From Centroscyllium fabricii (taxonomy: Eukaryota): DNA of 64,000 nucleotides. The notes beneath the pieces were generated by a model. The model was not told where the DNA came from. It did no database searches and was given only the letters and a program-made list of their open reading frames with translations. The translations under genes and the position numbers were made by a program. Location of the stretch: contig JBNRSN020000001.1 in assembly GCA_051313645.2 (NCBI GenBank), positions 523,714,001 through 523,778,000 of the forward strand, read 5' to 3'. This document shows positions 11,215 through 23,921 of this stretch, in pieces (position 1 is the first letter of the stretch; the number at the start of each line of letters is the position of its first letter).

Positions 11215-14200
11215 TGTAGTCCATGCAGGCCTGAAGAACCACGCTGGAGCCAGTAAGACAGGAAAACACTCGTTTATTACATTACAGGGACCAGGTAGCA
11301 AAGAGACTGAACCACCTGGAGCAGGCTTATTTAAAGGGCCCGCGGTTGGTGATCTCATCACGCCGGAAGTCGAGGTGACGTCACCGCGTCACCCGATGGG
11401 CGGGGCCGTGCCCCGCGGTGCTCCCGAGGCGGATTCGATACCTTTGGTGGGCGTGTCGCCACACAGCTCCCCCCCAGAATCTGTGAGGGAGAATAAAGTG
11501 AAAATAAAAAAAGGGAGAATAAAGTGAAAATAAAAAATGAGTCTCATGCGAGGCGTTGAGGTGGCCGGATGATGCGGCCGGCACGTGTCGTGCGCTGCTC
11601 CTTGTTCTGCGTGGGAGTGTGGGCGGGATTTGGTGCGGGAGGGCGTCCGCGTTTTGGTGGCTGCGCGGGGACTGTTGTCTCGCCCGCCATTACGTGTGCC
11701 GGTTTGAGCCGGTCTATCGAGACGGTTTCAGTTCTGTTGCCCATTTTGATTTCAAAAGCCTTAGCTCCCGCCCGAAGCACTCTGTACGGTCCGTCGTACG
11801 GTGGCTGTCGTGGCGTTCGATGTGCGTCGTGGCGGACAAACACATATTTGGCGTTCTTGATGCCGTCCGGTACACGTGCTGCCGGCTCTCCGTGCCGGGC
11901 CACCGGTAGTGGTTTGAACGCTCGTGCCTGGTTGTTGAAGTCTTTGAGGCACTGGTCGGCTGACCAGGGAGCGTTATGTTCTGCGAGGAACTCGCCTGGT
12001 ATGGTTAAAGGTTGGCCGTAGATGAGTTCCGCCGCTGAGGCGTGTAGGTCTTCTTTGGCCGCTGAGCGCAGGCCGAGCATTACCCAGGGCAGGCGGTCGG
12101 TCCAGGTTGCGTCCTTCAGACTGGCCCGCAGGGAAGCTTTGATGGAGCGGTGGAACCATTCGCAGAGTCCATTGGCCTGTGGGTGGTAAGCGGTGGTTCT
12201 GTGCAGGGTTACCCCGAGGTCGCGGGCGATGGTCGCCCATAATGTCGACGTGAATTGGGGGCCCCTGTCCGACGTGATGTCGGTGGGTACGCCGAAACGT
12301 GCAACCCAGGTGGCGATGAAGGCCCTGGCCAGGTCCGCGGTGCTGGTAGCGATGAGTGGGACTGCCTCTGGCCAGCGAGTGCTGCGGTCGACCATGGTCA
12401 TGACGTGCGTGTGTCCCCGTGATGGTGGTAGTGGTCCGACCAGGTCGATGTGGACGTGGTCGAAGCGTCTAGCTGGTATGGTGAACGTTTCCAGCGGTGC
12501 CTTGATGTGTTTGTGCACCGTGGCGTGCTGGCAGGCAATGCAGGCATTGGTCCAGGCGCGGACATCCTTGCGCAGGCCGCGCCAGATGAAACGTGCCGAA
12601 ATCAGCTTAGTGGACGCGCGGGTGCCAGGATGGGACAGGCCATGAAGGGTCTGGAAGATGTGTCGCCTCCATGCGTGGGGGACGACGGGTCTGGGCTGCG
12701 GGAGGGAGACGTCGCAGCGGACCGCTGTGGCTGTGGGCCCGTGTGCTACGCTGGCCAAGTGCAGGCCGGGGAGGTTGGTAGCTGGGTCGAGCAGGTCAGG
12801 GTCGGTTAGTTGGTCGGCCGCCAGTTTGGCGTAGTCGACTGCCGTTTGTACGGCGCTGATGGTGGGTCATGACAGGCAGTCAGCAACCACGTTGTCGCGG
12901 CCGGCGATGTGCTGTATGTCGGTGGTGAATTCCGACACGGCCGCGAGCTGGCGCTGCTGCCTGGCCGACCAGGGTTCGGCGATCTTAGCCATTGCTGACA
13001 AAAGTGGCTTGTGGTCCACGAAGGCTGTAAAGTGGCGGCCCTCTAAGAGGAAGCGGAAGTGACGCACTGCGAGGTAGAGAGCGAGTAGCTCCCTGTCGAA
13101 GGCGCTATACTTAACCTCTGGGGGCCGAAGTTGTCGGCTGAAAAAGGCCAGGGGTTGCCAGGAGTTGCTGGTCCACTGCTCGTAGACCGCTCCGACCGCA
13201 TGGTCAGAGGTGTCGGTGGTGAGGGCCACTCTGGCGTTGGGCCTAGGGTGGGCTAGGAGCGTGGCATTGGCCAGGGCGGTTTTGGTTGCGGTGAAGGCGG
13301 TGGTGGCTTCGGCCATCCACTCGACCGCAGTTTTGTTAGACTGCCCGCGGGTGGCCTGATAAAGGGGTGCCATGAGAGCGGCTGCTCCTGGGATGAAGCG
13401 GTTATAAAAATTAACCATCCCGAGGAATTCCTGCAGCCCCTTGATGGAGTGCGGGCGGGATAATTCCTGGACCACCTGCACCTTGGAGGGCAGGGGTATG
13501 GCCCCGGTCTGGGAAATGCGGTGGCCGAGGAAGTCGATCGTCTCGAGGCCGAACCGACATTTGGAGGGGCTTAATATGAGGCCGTGTTCGACCAGGCATT
13601 TGAACAGGGTCCTGAGATGGAGGAGGTGTTCCTGGGGGGAGGTGCTGGCCACGAGGATGTCGTCTAGGAAGACGAACGTGAACTGCAAGTCCCGTAGGAC
13701 TGAGTCCATGAGGCGTTGGAAGGCCTGGGCCGCGTTTTTGAGTCCGAAAGGCATTTAGAGAAATTCGAATAGTCCAAATGGGGTAATGAAGGCTGTCTTA
13801 GGGACATCCGCCGGGTGCACTGGTACCTGGTGGTAGCCCCGTACCAGGTCGATCCTGGAAAAGACCGTGCAGCCCGCTAACCTTGCTGAGAAATCTTGGA
13901 TGTGGGGGACGGGGTACCTGTCTGGGGTGGTGGCGTTGTTGAGGCGGCGGTAGTCTCCGCAGGGGCGCCAGCCACCGCCCGGCTTGGGGGCGATGTGGAG
14001 GGGGGAGGCCCAGGGGCTGCTGGAGCGGCGGATTATGCCGAGTTGTTCCATGGTGCGGAACTCGGTACGCGCGATCTCCAGTTTGGCCGGGTCCAGCCTG
14101 CGGGCGTGGGCATGGACGGGAGGGCTGGTGGTGGTGATGAAATGCTCCACCCAATGTTTGGCCGTACGGGCTGTGAAGGTGTGGTTGGTGAGGGCTGGGA

Positions 14201-15701
14201 ACTCCGCGAGGAGCGTGCCGTACGTGTCGGAGTTCCGGGCTCGGCAGTGTGCCGCTGCGTGGGCCTGGTGTGCCGGCCCTGTGGAGCATGGGATGGTCGA
14301 CATGTTATGGATGTCGACCAGTCGGCGCCGGGTCACGTCGACCAGGAGGCCGTGGGCGCAGAGGAAATCTGCCCCGAGGAGGGGTAGTTTGACTTGGGCG
14401 GTGATAAAGTCCCAATGGTACGTGTGGCCTGCTAGCTTGATGGTGAGCTTGTGGGTGCCGTACGTTTTTATTTCGGAGCCGTTTGCGGCTTCGAGTGGCG
14501 GGCCCCGGGTGCCTTGTTTGGTTTCTGCGGGGGAGGCTGGCACAATGCTGTGCTGCGCGCCTGTGTCGCAGAGGAACCGGAGGCCTGTGCCGCTGTCCGT
14601 GACATAGAGCAGTGCTCCAGAGCGACCTACGGACATGGTGGGGCTTGAGCTGGGCTGGGGTTTGAAGGTGCAGGGCTGGACGCAGCGCTGCGCTTTGGCT
14701 TCAAACCGGGTGTGGTAGTAACACCAGCTGGTGCCTGTTGTACGCGGCCTTTTGCGGGGTTGCGTTGGTCTGGGTTCAGACTTGGGGTCGGACCTGGGGT
14801 GCGCGTAGCGGGGCTCGGCTGCCATAGCAGCGGGCTCGCACGTGGCGGAGCGGGTGCGCTCGGCCGTCATAAGCTTGTCGGCCTCCTCAGCCAGCCGTTC
14901 TCCACTGTAGTGGCAGAGGGCCGTCAGAGCCGGTCTGACGGAGGGGGGCAGTTTGAGGAGGAACAAGGTGCGCTTGATGGAGGCTGGGTCTGCGTTCAGC
15001 GCTTCCATTTGGGCCCAAAGGTCCGATGGGTCTGCGTCCCCGAGTTCGGGGAGGTTGATGAGCTGGCAGTCGCGCTCAAATTGGGAGGGGGTGAATTTCT
15101 TTAGCAGCGCGGCCTTAAGGAATTCATACCTGCCTGCTGCTGGTGCACGCTGTAGCGTCGGCCACATCCGGTCGACCATGGTCTGTGGTAGGGCCGTGAA
15201 GAGCAGGTCGTATCGATCGTCCCCCTGGATGCCATGGATGCGGCAGCTGGTCTCGATGCAAAGGAACCAGGCCGCTGGGCGTAGCTCCTAGAACTCTGGC
15301 AGAGTTGGTTTTTGGCCAGAGTTCTGGCCCAGTCTTTGATGTCGCGCTGCTTGGCTCCCTGATGGCATGTTGGTTGGGAGTGTTCTGAGGCAGCTTGGCC
15401 CTCAGTCCTGCAGCAACTGCTTCATTTTTGTTCCCTTGGAAGACGTTCCAAGTACGGGGTCACCACTGTAGTGCATGCAGGCCTGAAGAACCACGCTGGA
15501 GCCAGTAAGACAGGAAAACACTCGTTTATTACATTACAGGGACCAGGTAGCAAAGAGACTGAACCACCTGGAGCAGACTTATTTAAAGGGCCTCATCACG
15601 CCGGAAGTCGAGGTGACGTCACCGCGTCACCCGATGGGCGGGGCCGTGCTCCGCGGTGCTCCCGAGGCGGATTCGATACCTTTGGTGGGCGTGTCGCCAC
15701 A
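11215..15701 (-). mobile_element. Full-length Gypsy LTR retrotransposon 1 (CsRn1-like)
   Basis: LTRs 11215-11463 and 15467-15701 (TG..CA, differ by a 14-bp indel and about 3 substitutions); TSD ATAT; PBS TGGTGACCCCG complementary to the tRNA-Trp 3' end; PPT TTCTGGGGGGGGAGCTG. Confidence 0.97.
11544..15368 (-). pseudogene. gag-pol polyprotein of Gypsy-1, single frame with three in-frame stops
   Basis: Gag CYYHxxxxxxxxxCxxxC, protease DTGA, RT FLDD, RNase H, integrase HHCC/DDE and GPY; ORF pieces are all in one frame (1275 codons). Confidence 0.92.
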
Positions 15702-15901
15702 ATATAGGCTGGAATGTGCGAGGCCAGCCAGGAGTGTGTTGGAATAGTCAAGTCTAGAGGTAACAAAGGCATGGATGAGGGTTTCAGCAGCAGATGAGCT
15801 GAGGCAAGGGCGGAGACGGGCGATGTTATGGAAGTGGCAATAGGCGGTCTGAGTTATGCTGCGGATATGTGTTCGCCATACCAACATCACTAAAACTGAA
15901 T

Positions 15902-16649
15902 GGGGCAGAAATTCCGATGACCGCGGGGCCGCAGTGCGTGTGTACGGAGCAGGTACTCACGCGTGCGGCCCTGGAATTGCAGGAAGATGCTATTCCCCTG
16001 TGCTACCTGCAATTCCGAAGAAGACCAGTGGGGCATCGTGAGCTAAATCGCGTTGGCCTGCGCACCAGGAGGTGCGCAGTGCTCTTCCGATTTTTTTCAG
16101 AGTTTTTTATCGGGGTAAGTATTGAAGATTTTACGCCTGAAAATATCAGCCGTAACGATCCCTTTTTAGCAGGTAAGTCTTCATTTTATAGAATTTAAGT
16201 ATTTTTTTCAGCAGGTTTTTAATTTTTTTAAACTTTAAAGACAGGTAAGTATTTTTAGGGCAGTTAAAAACTTTTTTTTTTAAATCAAAATTTTTATTTT
16301 TTGTTTAAAGTAGGTAATTTATGTTATAGTAATGTTAAAAAATGTGGTGTTTTTTAAAAATTTATTTTACTGTTTAATGTGTTTTTGAAGCTCTTCCTTA
16401 CACCGATTTCTCTGTCAAAGTTCTGAATGGAGGATTCCTTCCATTGATTGGCTCCCCGCGGACCACGTGGTCCCGCGCGCGCTCTCGCACTAACTCCGTC
16501 ACTGAGTTGCCTCAGCACGGCGCCTGCGGCCTGGAGCAGCACTGCAAATTGGGATTCACATCCCAGAATTGGAGAACGGCAGGAGCGCAAGGTAAGTGGA
16601 CCTCGGAGGCTTACACTCGCAGGAAGCCTCCGAGGCTAATTTTTGGGCC
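15902..16649 (+). mobile_element. Non-autonomous DNA transposon (PIF/Harbinger-group-like MITE)
   Basis: TIR GGGGCAGAAATT...AATTTTTGGGCC; flanks AAT/ATT; interrupts a DeuSINE at ATT; family copies at 18746, 24838 and 32105. Confidence 0.75.
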
Positions 16650-16959
16650 ATTATCTGGTCATTTTCACATTGCTGTTTGTGGGATCTTGCTGTGTGCAAA
16701 TTGGCTGCCGCGTTTCCAACATTACAACAGTGACTCCACTCCAAAAGTATTTAATTGGCAGTAAAGCATTTTGGGACATCCTGAGTTCCTGAAAGTTGCT
16801 GTATAAATGAAAGTTGTTTCTTTATTTTGATGTGGCATATGTGATCGTGTTATGCATTTGTCAGGCACAATTTCATGGATAAGGAGCACCTTTAAAAGGA
16901 ATGCTGTACATCATCTGATTAGTGATCTGCTTTTCACTTCTAATCTGTAACTTTAGCCA

Positions 16960-17820
16960 TCATCTTGGGCCTCCGCCACAAACTCCACATGCTCACCACC
17001 GATTCCATCCACCTCCCCAGCCACTGTCTCGAGTTAAACCACACTGTTCGCAACCTTGGCATCCTCCTTGACCCTGAGCTGAGCTTCCGATCCGTCGGCA
17101 TAACATTACCAGCCTCGGCCTCTGCCTCACCCCATCTACTGATGAAACAGTCATCCATGCCCATGTCACCTCCTAACTTGACTATTCCAATGTTATCCGA
17201 GCCGGCCTCCCATCCTCAACCTTCCACCGACTTCGGCTCATCCAAAACTCTGCTGCCCGCATCGTGTCAGACACTAAGTCCCGCTCACCTATACCGCTTC
17301 TCTTCTTAGGCAGTCCCTCGGAATCGAGGGTGACTTGCTTCCACATTAAAAATGAGTTCTCAGGTGATTGATGAGTCCAATGCGGGACCTACAGTCTCTG
17401 TCACAGGTGGGGCAGATGGTGGTTGAAGGGGGCGGGTGTGTGGGGTGCTTGGGTTGACGTGCGCTCCTTCCGCTGCCTGTGCTTGGGTTCCACTTGCTCC
17501 CAGTGAAGAAACTCCAGGTGTTTGTCGACTTCCCAGATGCTTCTCCTCCATTTTGTGCGGTCTTGGGCCAGGGATTGCCAGGTGCTGATGGGGATGTTAG
17601 ACGTTTTCAAGGAGGCTCACCTATTACCCCTGTGCTCACTGACCAATATTGGCTCCCAGTCTCCCAACGCTTCAAATTTAAAATTCTAATTCTTGTGTTT
17701 AAATCCCTCCATGCCCTCACCTTTCCCTGTCTCCGTAACCTCCTCCAGCCCTCCGGGGACTCTGGTCCTCCAACCACTCCTTTCACCCTACCATTGGTGG
17801 CTCTACCTTCAGCCAGTTAA
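16960..17820 (+). mobile_element. L2 LINE fragment, interrupted by an RTE fragment
   Basis: VRNLGILLDPELSF and WLPVSQRFKFKILILVFKSLH motifs. Confidence 0.8.
17296..17614 (-). mobile_element. RTE-clade LINE 3' fragment
   Basis: WQSLAQDRTKWR motif, C-terminal CPTC...RIGL..H Zn-finger; flanked by a GCTCACCTAT duplication. Confidence 0.75.
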
Positions 17821-18612
17821 TGATGCATTTTGGGGGGAATAACAAGGCAAGGGAATACACAATGAATGGTGAGACCCGAGGAAAGACAGAAGATCAGAGG
17901 GACCTTGGTGTGCATGTACATAGATCCCTGAAGGCAGCAGGACAGGTGGATAAGGTGGTTAAAAAGGCAGATGGGATACTTGTCTTCATCAGCTGAGGCA
18001 TAGAATATAAGAGCAGGGACGTTATGATGGAGCTGTACAAAATGCTAGTTAGGCCACAGCTGGAGTATTGTGTGCAGTTCTGCTCATCACATTACAGGAG
18101 GGATGTGATTGCATTGGAGAGGGTGCAGAGGAGATTCACCAGGATGTTACCTGGGCTGGAGCACTTCAGCTATGAAGAAAGACTGGACAGGCTGGGGTTA
18201 TTTACCTTGGAGCAGAGAAGGCTGAGGATGGACCTGATTGAAGTGTACAAAATTATGAGGGGAATAGATAGGGTAGATAGAAAGGAACTTTTCCCCTTAG
18301 TAGAGGGATCAATAACTAGGGGGCATAGTTTCAAGGTAAGGGGCAGGGAGGTTTAGAGGGGATTTGAGGAAAAACGTTTTCACCCAGAGGGTGGTTGGAG
18401 TCTGGAACTCACTGCCTGAAAGGGTGGTAGAGGCAGAAACCCTCACAACATTCAAGAAGCATTTAGATGAGCACTTGAAACACCATAGCATACAAGGCTA
18501 CGGACCAAATGCTGGAAAATGGGATTAGAATGGACAGGGCTTGATGGACGGCGCGTATATGATGGGCTGAAGGGCCTCTTTCTGTGCTGTAAAACTCTAT
18601 GACTTTGACTCT
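17820..18612 (+). mobile_element. CR1 3' fragment
   Basis: LYKMLVRPQLEYCVQF, LERVQRRFTRM motifs; CR1 3' hairpin and tail. Confidence 0.9.
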
Positions 18613-18745
18613 ATTAACAGTATGCTGTGGAATTCCCTCCCTAAACCTCTCCTCCTCTCCACCTCCCTCTCCTCTCTTAAAACCTTTCTTAAAACCCACC
18701 TCTTTAACCTAGCTTTGGGGAGATTTTCTCTGTTAAAGTCACTAC

Positions 18746-19507
18746 GGCCCAGAAATTCGGGTTGGAGGCTTCCCGCGAGTGCAAGCCTCCAACCCACACT
18801 TACGGAGCGCATAGAACTTTCTCCTCTTCTGGGAGTTGAGCTCCCGATTCCAGGCCCTGCTCCAAGCCCCAAGCGCCGCGCTGAGGCAACTCAGCGTCGG
18901 AGCTAGTGCGAGACTCCGTGCGGGACCACGTGGTCCACGGGGAGCCAATCACTCCCAAGAATCCTCCATTCATAACTTTGACAGACAGATCTGTCAAAGT
19001 TATGAAATGCAAGAGCCCCAAAAACACACTAAACATTAAAATAATTTTTTTTTAAACACCACATTTTTTAACATTACCATCACTAACATAAATTACCTAT
19101 TTTAAACAAAAAATAAAAATTTTGAAGAAGTATTTTATGTTTTTAACTGGGCTAAAAAACGACCTACCTTTGTTTAAATTGTTTAAAATTTAAAACCTGT
19201 GAAAGAAATACTTAAATTGAATAAAATAGAGACTTACCTTCTAAAAAGGGGTCGTTACGGCTGATATTTTCAGCCGTAACTTTCCCGATACTTACCCCGA
19301 TAAAAAACTTGGAAAAAAATCGGGATTTCAGTACGCACTTCCTGGTGCGCAGGCCAACGCGCTCTGGCTCCTGACCCCTCCAGACCCGGCATCGGAAGTG
19401 CTGGTTCTGTGCGCATGCTCGGTGTACGCATCGAACCAGCGCTTCTGAGGGCCGCACGCGTGAGTACACCGTCCGCACTCGCGCGATGCGGCCCTAATTT
19501 CTGGGCC
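18746..19507 (-). mobile_element. Harbinger-group-like MITE (same family as 15902-16649), reversed
   Basis: TIR GGCCCAGAAATT...AATTTCTGGGCC; internal similarity to the 15902 copy. Confidence 0.78.
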
Positions 19508-19606
19508 AATACAAAATGGATGTTGTGGTTATTGTTGTAACTTCTCTCTCTCTCTTTCTTGCCTTTCTCTAGTTTATTGATCCTGCAGTAAGTTATTTCA
19601 CCTCAA

Positions 19607-20424
19607 CGGTGGTTGGCCAGTTCAAAAACAACGATGAATCAGCCTACAGGGATGAGATCCAGCGCCTTGTGGGATGGTGTGCCGACAACAACCTGGCACT
19701 GAACACCAAGAAAACTAAGGAGATTATAGTGGACTTCTGGAAGACTAAAAGCAGAAGACACTCCCCCAGCTTCATCCAAGGGGCTGAGGTGGAAAGGGTG
19801 TCCAGCTTCAAGTTCCTCGGGGTCCACATCTCAGAAGACCTCTCCTGGTCACTAAACACCTCCTCTCTGGTTAAGAAGGCCCAACAGCGCCTGTACTTCC
19901 TAAGGAAGCTGAAGAAAGCCAGGCTGTCATCCGGCATCCTCTCCAACTTCTACCGCTGCACAATCGAAAGCATACTGACAAGCTGCATCACAGTCTGGTA
20001 TGAAAATTGCACCATCTCGGACCGGAAGACCCTGCAGCGGGTAGTCAAAACTGCCCAACGAATCACCGGCACCCAGCTACCGTCAATGGAAAGCATCTAC
20101 CTCAAATGCTGCCTACGGAGGTCTCTGAACATTATTAAAGACCTCACACACCCCAGCCACAGTCTGTTCGCCCCCCTGCCCTCCGGGAGACGCTACAGAT
20201 CAATTTGCACCCGCACGACTAGATTTAAGAACAGCTTCTTCCCCAGGGCTGTCAGCCTCCTGAACTCTAAAAATAAACTCCCGTACCTGCACACCTGAAA
20301 ATGTACTTTATTGTATGCAATTTGCATGTAATTTATTTGCACTACTCTCGGGAGCGTCGAGTCTTCGTTTCTTTGTATTGTACTAGTACTCTGCAATGAC
20401 AATAAAACTTGAATTGAATTGAAT
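19607..20424 (+). mobile_element. Rex1/Babar LINE, 5'-truncated, with an open 229-aa RT C-terminal frame (19609-20298)
   Basis: WCADNNLALNTKKTKEIIVDF, KKAQQRLYFLRKL, LPSGRRYRSI motifs; AATAAA plus (TTGAA)n tail. Confidence 0.88.
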
Positions 20425-20739
20425 AAGCGTTGCACTTGAGACAGAACACCCTTGTGCTCGGGAGGAGAAAATAATCCAGGGTTCCAGTTCCTGATCACGA
20501 TCCAGTGATTCCTGTTAGAAAGTTTATGGGCCTCAAGCGAGGGTCAAGATAGTGTTCAGCTGTGATGCACCATACGATGGGGCAGCCAGCCTCTGCTCAC
20601 ACATGAAGAATGGCATCTTGAACGAGGTAGCAGAGGGTACACAGCGCCTATGGATCCTTACCCAGCATAAGCCAAGACCTTCAGGCTGGCAAGAGAGGGG
20701 CAAATGGGTTAGTATAAGAATGTTGATTTATGGTTGTAC

Positions 20740-21296
20740 TGTACCATGACCTGGCCAGTAGCCTAGTCAGCTCTAGAACCCCAACATCAGGTTTATTAAC
20801 CCCATACAACTGAAGAAGGACCAACAAAGCCACGCTGCTTCAGAAACTACCAGACTAACTTTTTAAAAAAAAATTGCAGCCCAGAAGATGTTTCGCCCCT
20901 GTAGCATCTCTACCCACACTGCGTAACTAACCTTCAGACCCAAGGACAAGGGCTAGTTAACTGAAAAATTCCACTTCTACCAGCATGACCAATACCACTA
21001 CTTTTCAGATTTCGCCCCTCTGTCCAGGATGCTGTGGTGCTTTGTAGATTCCTGCATAAGCCGCGTTCAGCTCCAGAATTCTTCCCCAACAGACTCCCGC
21101 AGAGAACTCTCCAGACTGTGCACCATGTTGTCGTGTTGTGTGGTTGGTACAATAACATACTCGGACACAGATCGATCAACAAACGAAAGGTCTTTACTCG
21201 GCCAGCGCCCAGGTGCTTGCTAGGCCTACAGGAGAGCACAAGCACTTCCTTCACCTTTATCTACGTTACCTACTCCAGAGCAGGCAAGCATTGACA
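20740..21296 (-). mobile_element. LTR-element remnant (LTR end related to the 4447 solo LTR, followed by TGG)
   Basis: Minus strand AGTAAAGACC...TGTGTCCGAGTAT...ACAACA TGGTG resembles 4610-4672; boundaries uncertain. Confidence 0.4.
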
Positions 21297-21361
21297 GCTC
21301 TCATTTCTAGCTGCAAGATGTGATAGAGGGCAGCCCACAGGAAGTGGGCGTGTGGATATTA

Positions 21362-22143
21362 GGGGAGGAATTTCATGTCCCCGTGAGGCGGGGTTTTCGG
21401 TGGCTCGGCCGGCAAAATAGCGCAACCAGTGGGTCGCAACCCCCCCTCCCCCAACCGGATCCCCACTGCTTTTTCATTTTCCCCCGCCCTGATTCCCCGC
21501 CCCAAAACCTTCCCGCCACCGACCGGCGGGGATGGGTTGTCACCTCATTAAGGGCCCTTAATTGGCATCTTTAATGCCATTTTAAGGGCCCTCAGCCATT
21601 TTGCCCTGTTTTCCATCCTAACCCCGTCACCTTAAACCACCCAGCGGGAGCACAGCGCTGGTCATTACTTTCTCCTTCAAGGTGTGAAGGACATGCTGCC
21701 AAATGCTGGGCATGCCTCCAGCACTTTAGAGGAGTAAGTTACTCCGTGCTGGCTGCAGCAGCTGTGAGCAGAGACTGAGAAAACTCAGCTTTGCACATTT
21801 CCTCACAGCCGGTGCGAGCTGTCAAGGATTTTCTGCCCACCCGCCCACCTGTCAGTCACCAGCACTTGACCTTTCCCATTGGTTCCACTCGACTGTGATG
21901 TCACAGTGGAGTGTTTCCATGGGAACTGTCAACAACTAGTGCTGGAACTGTCAATCAAGCTCCTCGCAGCCCCGATGCAGCCTGACTCGATTGACTTAAT
22001 TACCACCCGCTGCCACCGACGTGGATTTAACAACCCAATTAAATTAAAATTGCGTGGCCTTCCCAGCTGTTTGGGCGGGCAGGACAGGAAGCCACCCAGA
22101 CTAATCCCCACCAGGTTCCCGTACTTACGGCAAAGTCCACCCC
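21362..22143. mobile_element. GC-rich Harbinger-like MITE
   Basis: Imperfect TIR GGGGAGGAATTT / AAAGTCCACCCC; TTA/TAG flanks. Confidence 0.5.
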
Positions 22144-22509
22144 TAGGTGAGGACAGGTTGACGCCCCCATCTTAATTGAATAGTTGCAAGCACTCACCAG
22201 TGAAGTTCATACATGAAAATGTATAATTTGGGTGAGATACCTGAGGGTAGCTAATACCCATACAACTGTGAGAGGAGTCATAAAAAGAGAAGATTGTATA
22301 AAAAGCAATGAAGTCTCTATTCACAAAGCTTTTACAAATCTATTAAAATGTGTTTTCCACTTGCTCTCCACAAATCAAAATGCATTTTACAGATTTATAA
22401 AAGCTTCACGGAGAGGTATTTAAACTAGGTTTGCTTGTTGTCAAGAATTTGCTTTTTACCTGAATTCTATTGGAGCTGCTTTGCCTGCAGTTTTTCTGTT
22501 AATGGTTTA

Positions 22510-22908
22510 AAACATAGAAACATAGAAGATAGGAGCAGGAGTAGGCCATTCAGCCCTTCGAGCCTGCTCCGCCATTCAATGAGATCATGGCTGATCATCC
22601 AAACCCTGCACCCCGCCCCTGCCCTCTCCCCATATCTCTATCGAGCCTGCACCGACACATATCCCACCCTATTCCCGTAACCCCACATATTGAATCCCCT
22701 TAACACTAAGGGTCAATTTTTCTCATGTCCAATCAACCTAACCCGCACATCTTTGGACTGTGGGAGGAAACCGGACCACCCGGAGGAAACCCACGCAGAC
22801 ACGGGGAGAATGTGCAAACTCCACACAGATCGTACCCGAGGCTGGATTTGAACCCGGGTCTCCAGTGCTGTGAGGCAACAGTGCTAACCACTGTGCCACC
22901 GTGCCGCC
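22510..22908 (-). mobile_element. HE1-like V-SINE
   Basis: Full-length reverse copy. Confidence 0.9.
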
Positions 22909-22934
22909 CATTTGATTATTATTTTTTGCTGAAC

Positions 22935-23405
22935 AGAAATCCCTGGTCCGTGCCCCCATCAACGGCAGACTTGATTTTGCCACTCCTCACCATAAACAAA
23001 CACTAACCCACCCGGAGCTCTGCCATTGCCTCCTTTCCTGAAGAAAGTCATGCTCACCTATCTCTCACGATCTCACTTCCTCTTACCTCGGCAACCTCCT
23101 GAGCATTACATCTTGCCTCATACGCTTCACTCTTCTGGGTCTGGTCTAAGCCCCTCAGTCCCTCTACTCCACCAATAGTGGCAGAACCTGCAGTCACCCC
23201 AGGCCTGCACTCTGGAATTCTGTCCTGAAACCCAGCTCCCCACCTTCAAAAGGCTCCTCATAATCTATCTTTTCAACCTTGTCTTTGACTACCTCACCAA
23301 ACTCTCTGCCCAATTCTAAATTGGTTTCTAATTTCCCTTTCTCTTGCGAAGCATCTTGGGACATTTGGCCATGTTAAAGATGCTAATTAAACAGTAGTTG
23401 TTGTT
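22935..23405 (+). mobile_element. Old L2 3' fragment
   Basis: Degenerate CTCTGGAATTC...CTTCAAAAG and GTAGTTGTTGTTG tail. Confidence 0.5.
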
Positions 23406-23430
23406 GAAGGCTTCACAAGCTACATAAGTA

Positions 23431-23921
23431 CAGGTTGAGCACCATTAATTCGGCACGGTCGGGACCAGGACTGTGCCGAATTTTTGAAAACTCCGAATGA
23501 TTGAAGTTCGGCGAGCGCATGTGCAGACCATTCAAAATGGCCACCGCAAAATTTTGAATGGTCTCCGCATGCGCTAGCTGAAGCATCAATCATTTGGAGA
23601 GAGGCCCGGGCATGCGCAGCCAAGCACAGTGGCCATATTGCGCATGCGCAGACCAGTCGGGGAGGCCTGGGCATGCGCAGCCATGCGCGGCAACCATTTT
23701 GCACATGCGCAGGGCAGTCGGGCAGAGGCCCGGGCATGTGCAGCCATGCGCGGTGGCCATTTTGTGCATGTGCAGACCAGTCGGGCAATCGGGGAGAGGC
23801 CTGGGCATGCGCAGCCAAGCGCGGCGGCCATTTTGCGCATGCGCGCACCAGTCGGCCAGATTCGTGCCTGACGTTTGAAGTTGCCGGACTAACGGTGTCC
23901 GGATTAATGGTGCTCAACCTA
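23431..23921. mobile_element. pogo/Tigger-like MITE with internal GCGCATGCGC/GCCATTTT repeats
   Basis: TIR CAGGTTGAGCACCATTAAT...ATTAATGGTGCTCAACCT; TA TSD. Confidence 0.8.

Larger units (their letters stand above)
10310..15880 (-). mobile_element. L2-clade LINE 3' fragment (10310-10452, 10813-11214, 15702-15880), split by a SINE and Gypsy-1
   Basis: LIHAFVTSRLDYSN and LHWLPVKQRLDFKIL motifs; tail GCGCTATATAAATACAAGTTGTTG. Confidence 0.85.
10063..16815 (+). mobile_element. Deu-domain SINE (SacSINE1/AmnSINE1-like) in three pieces: 10063-10309, 15881-15901, 16650-16815
   Basis: The pieces join into the same sequence as the intact copies at 31500-31940 and 46212-46683. Confidence 0.75.

Noticed and set aside
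11556-15291. Many plus-strand ORFs over Gypsy-1 (likewise over Gypsy-2 and Gypsy-3)
   Set aside because: Antisense shadows of GC-rich gag-pol; no independent motifs.
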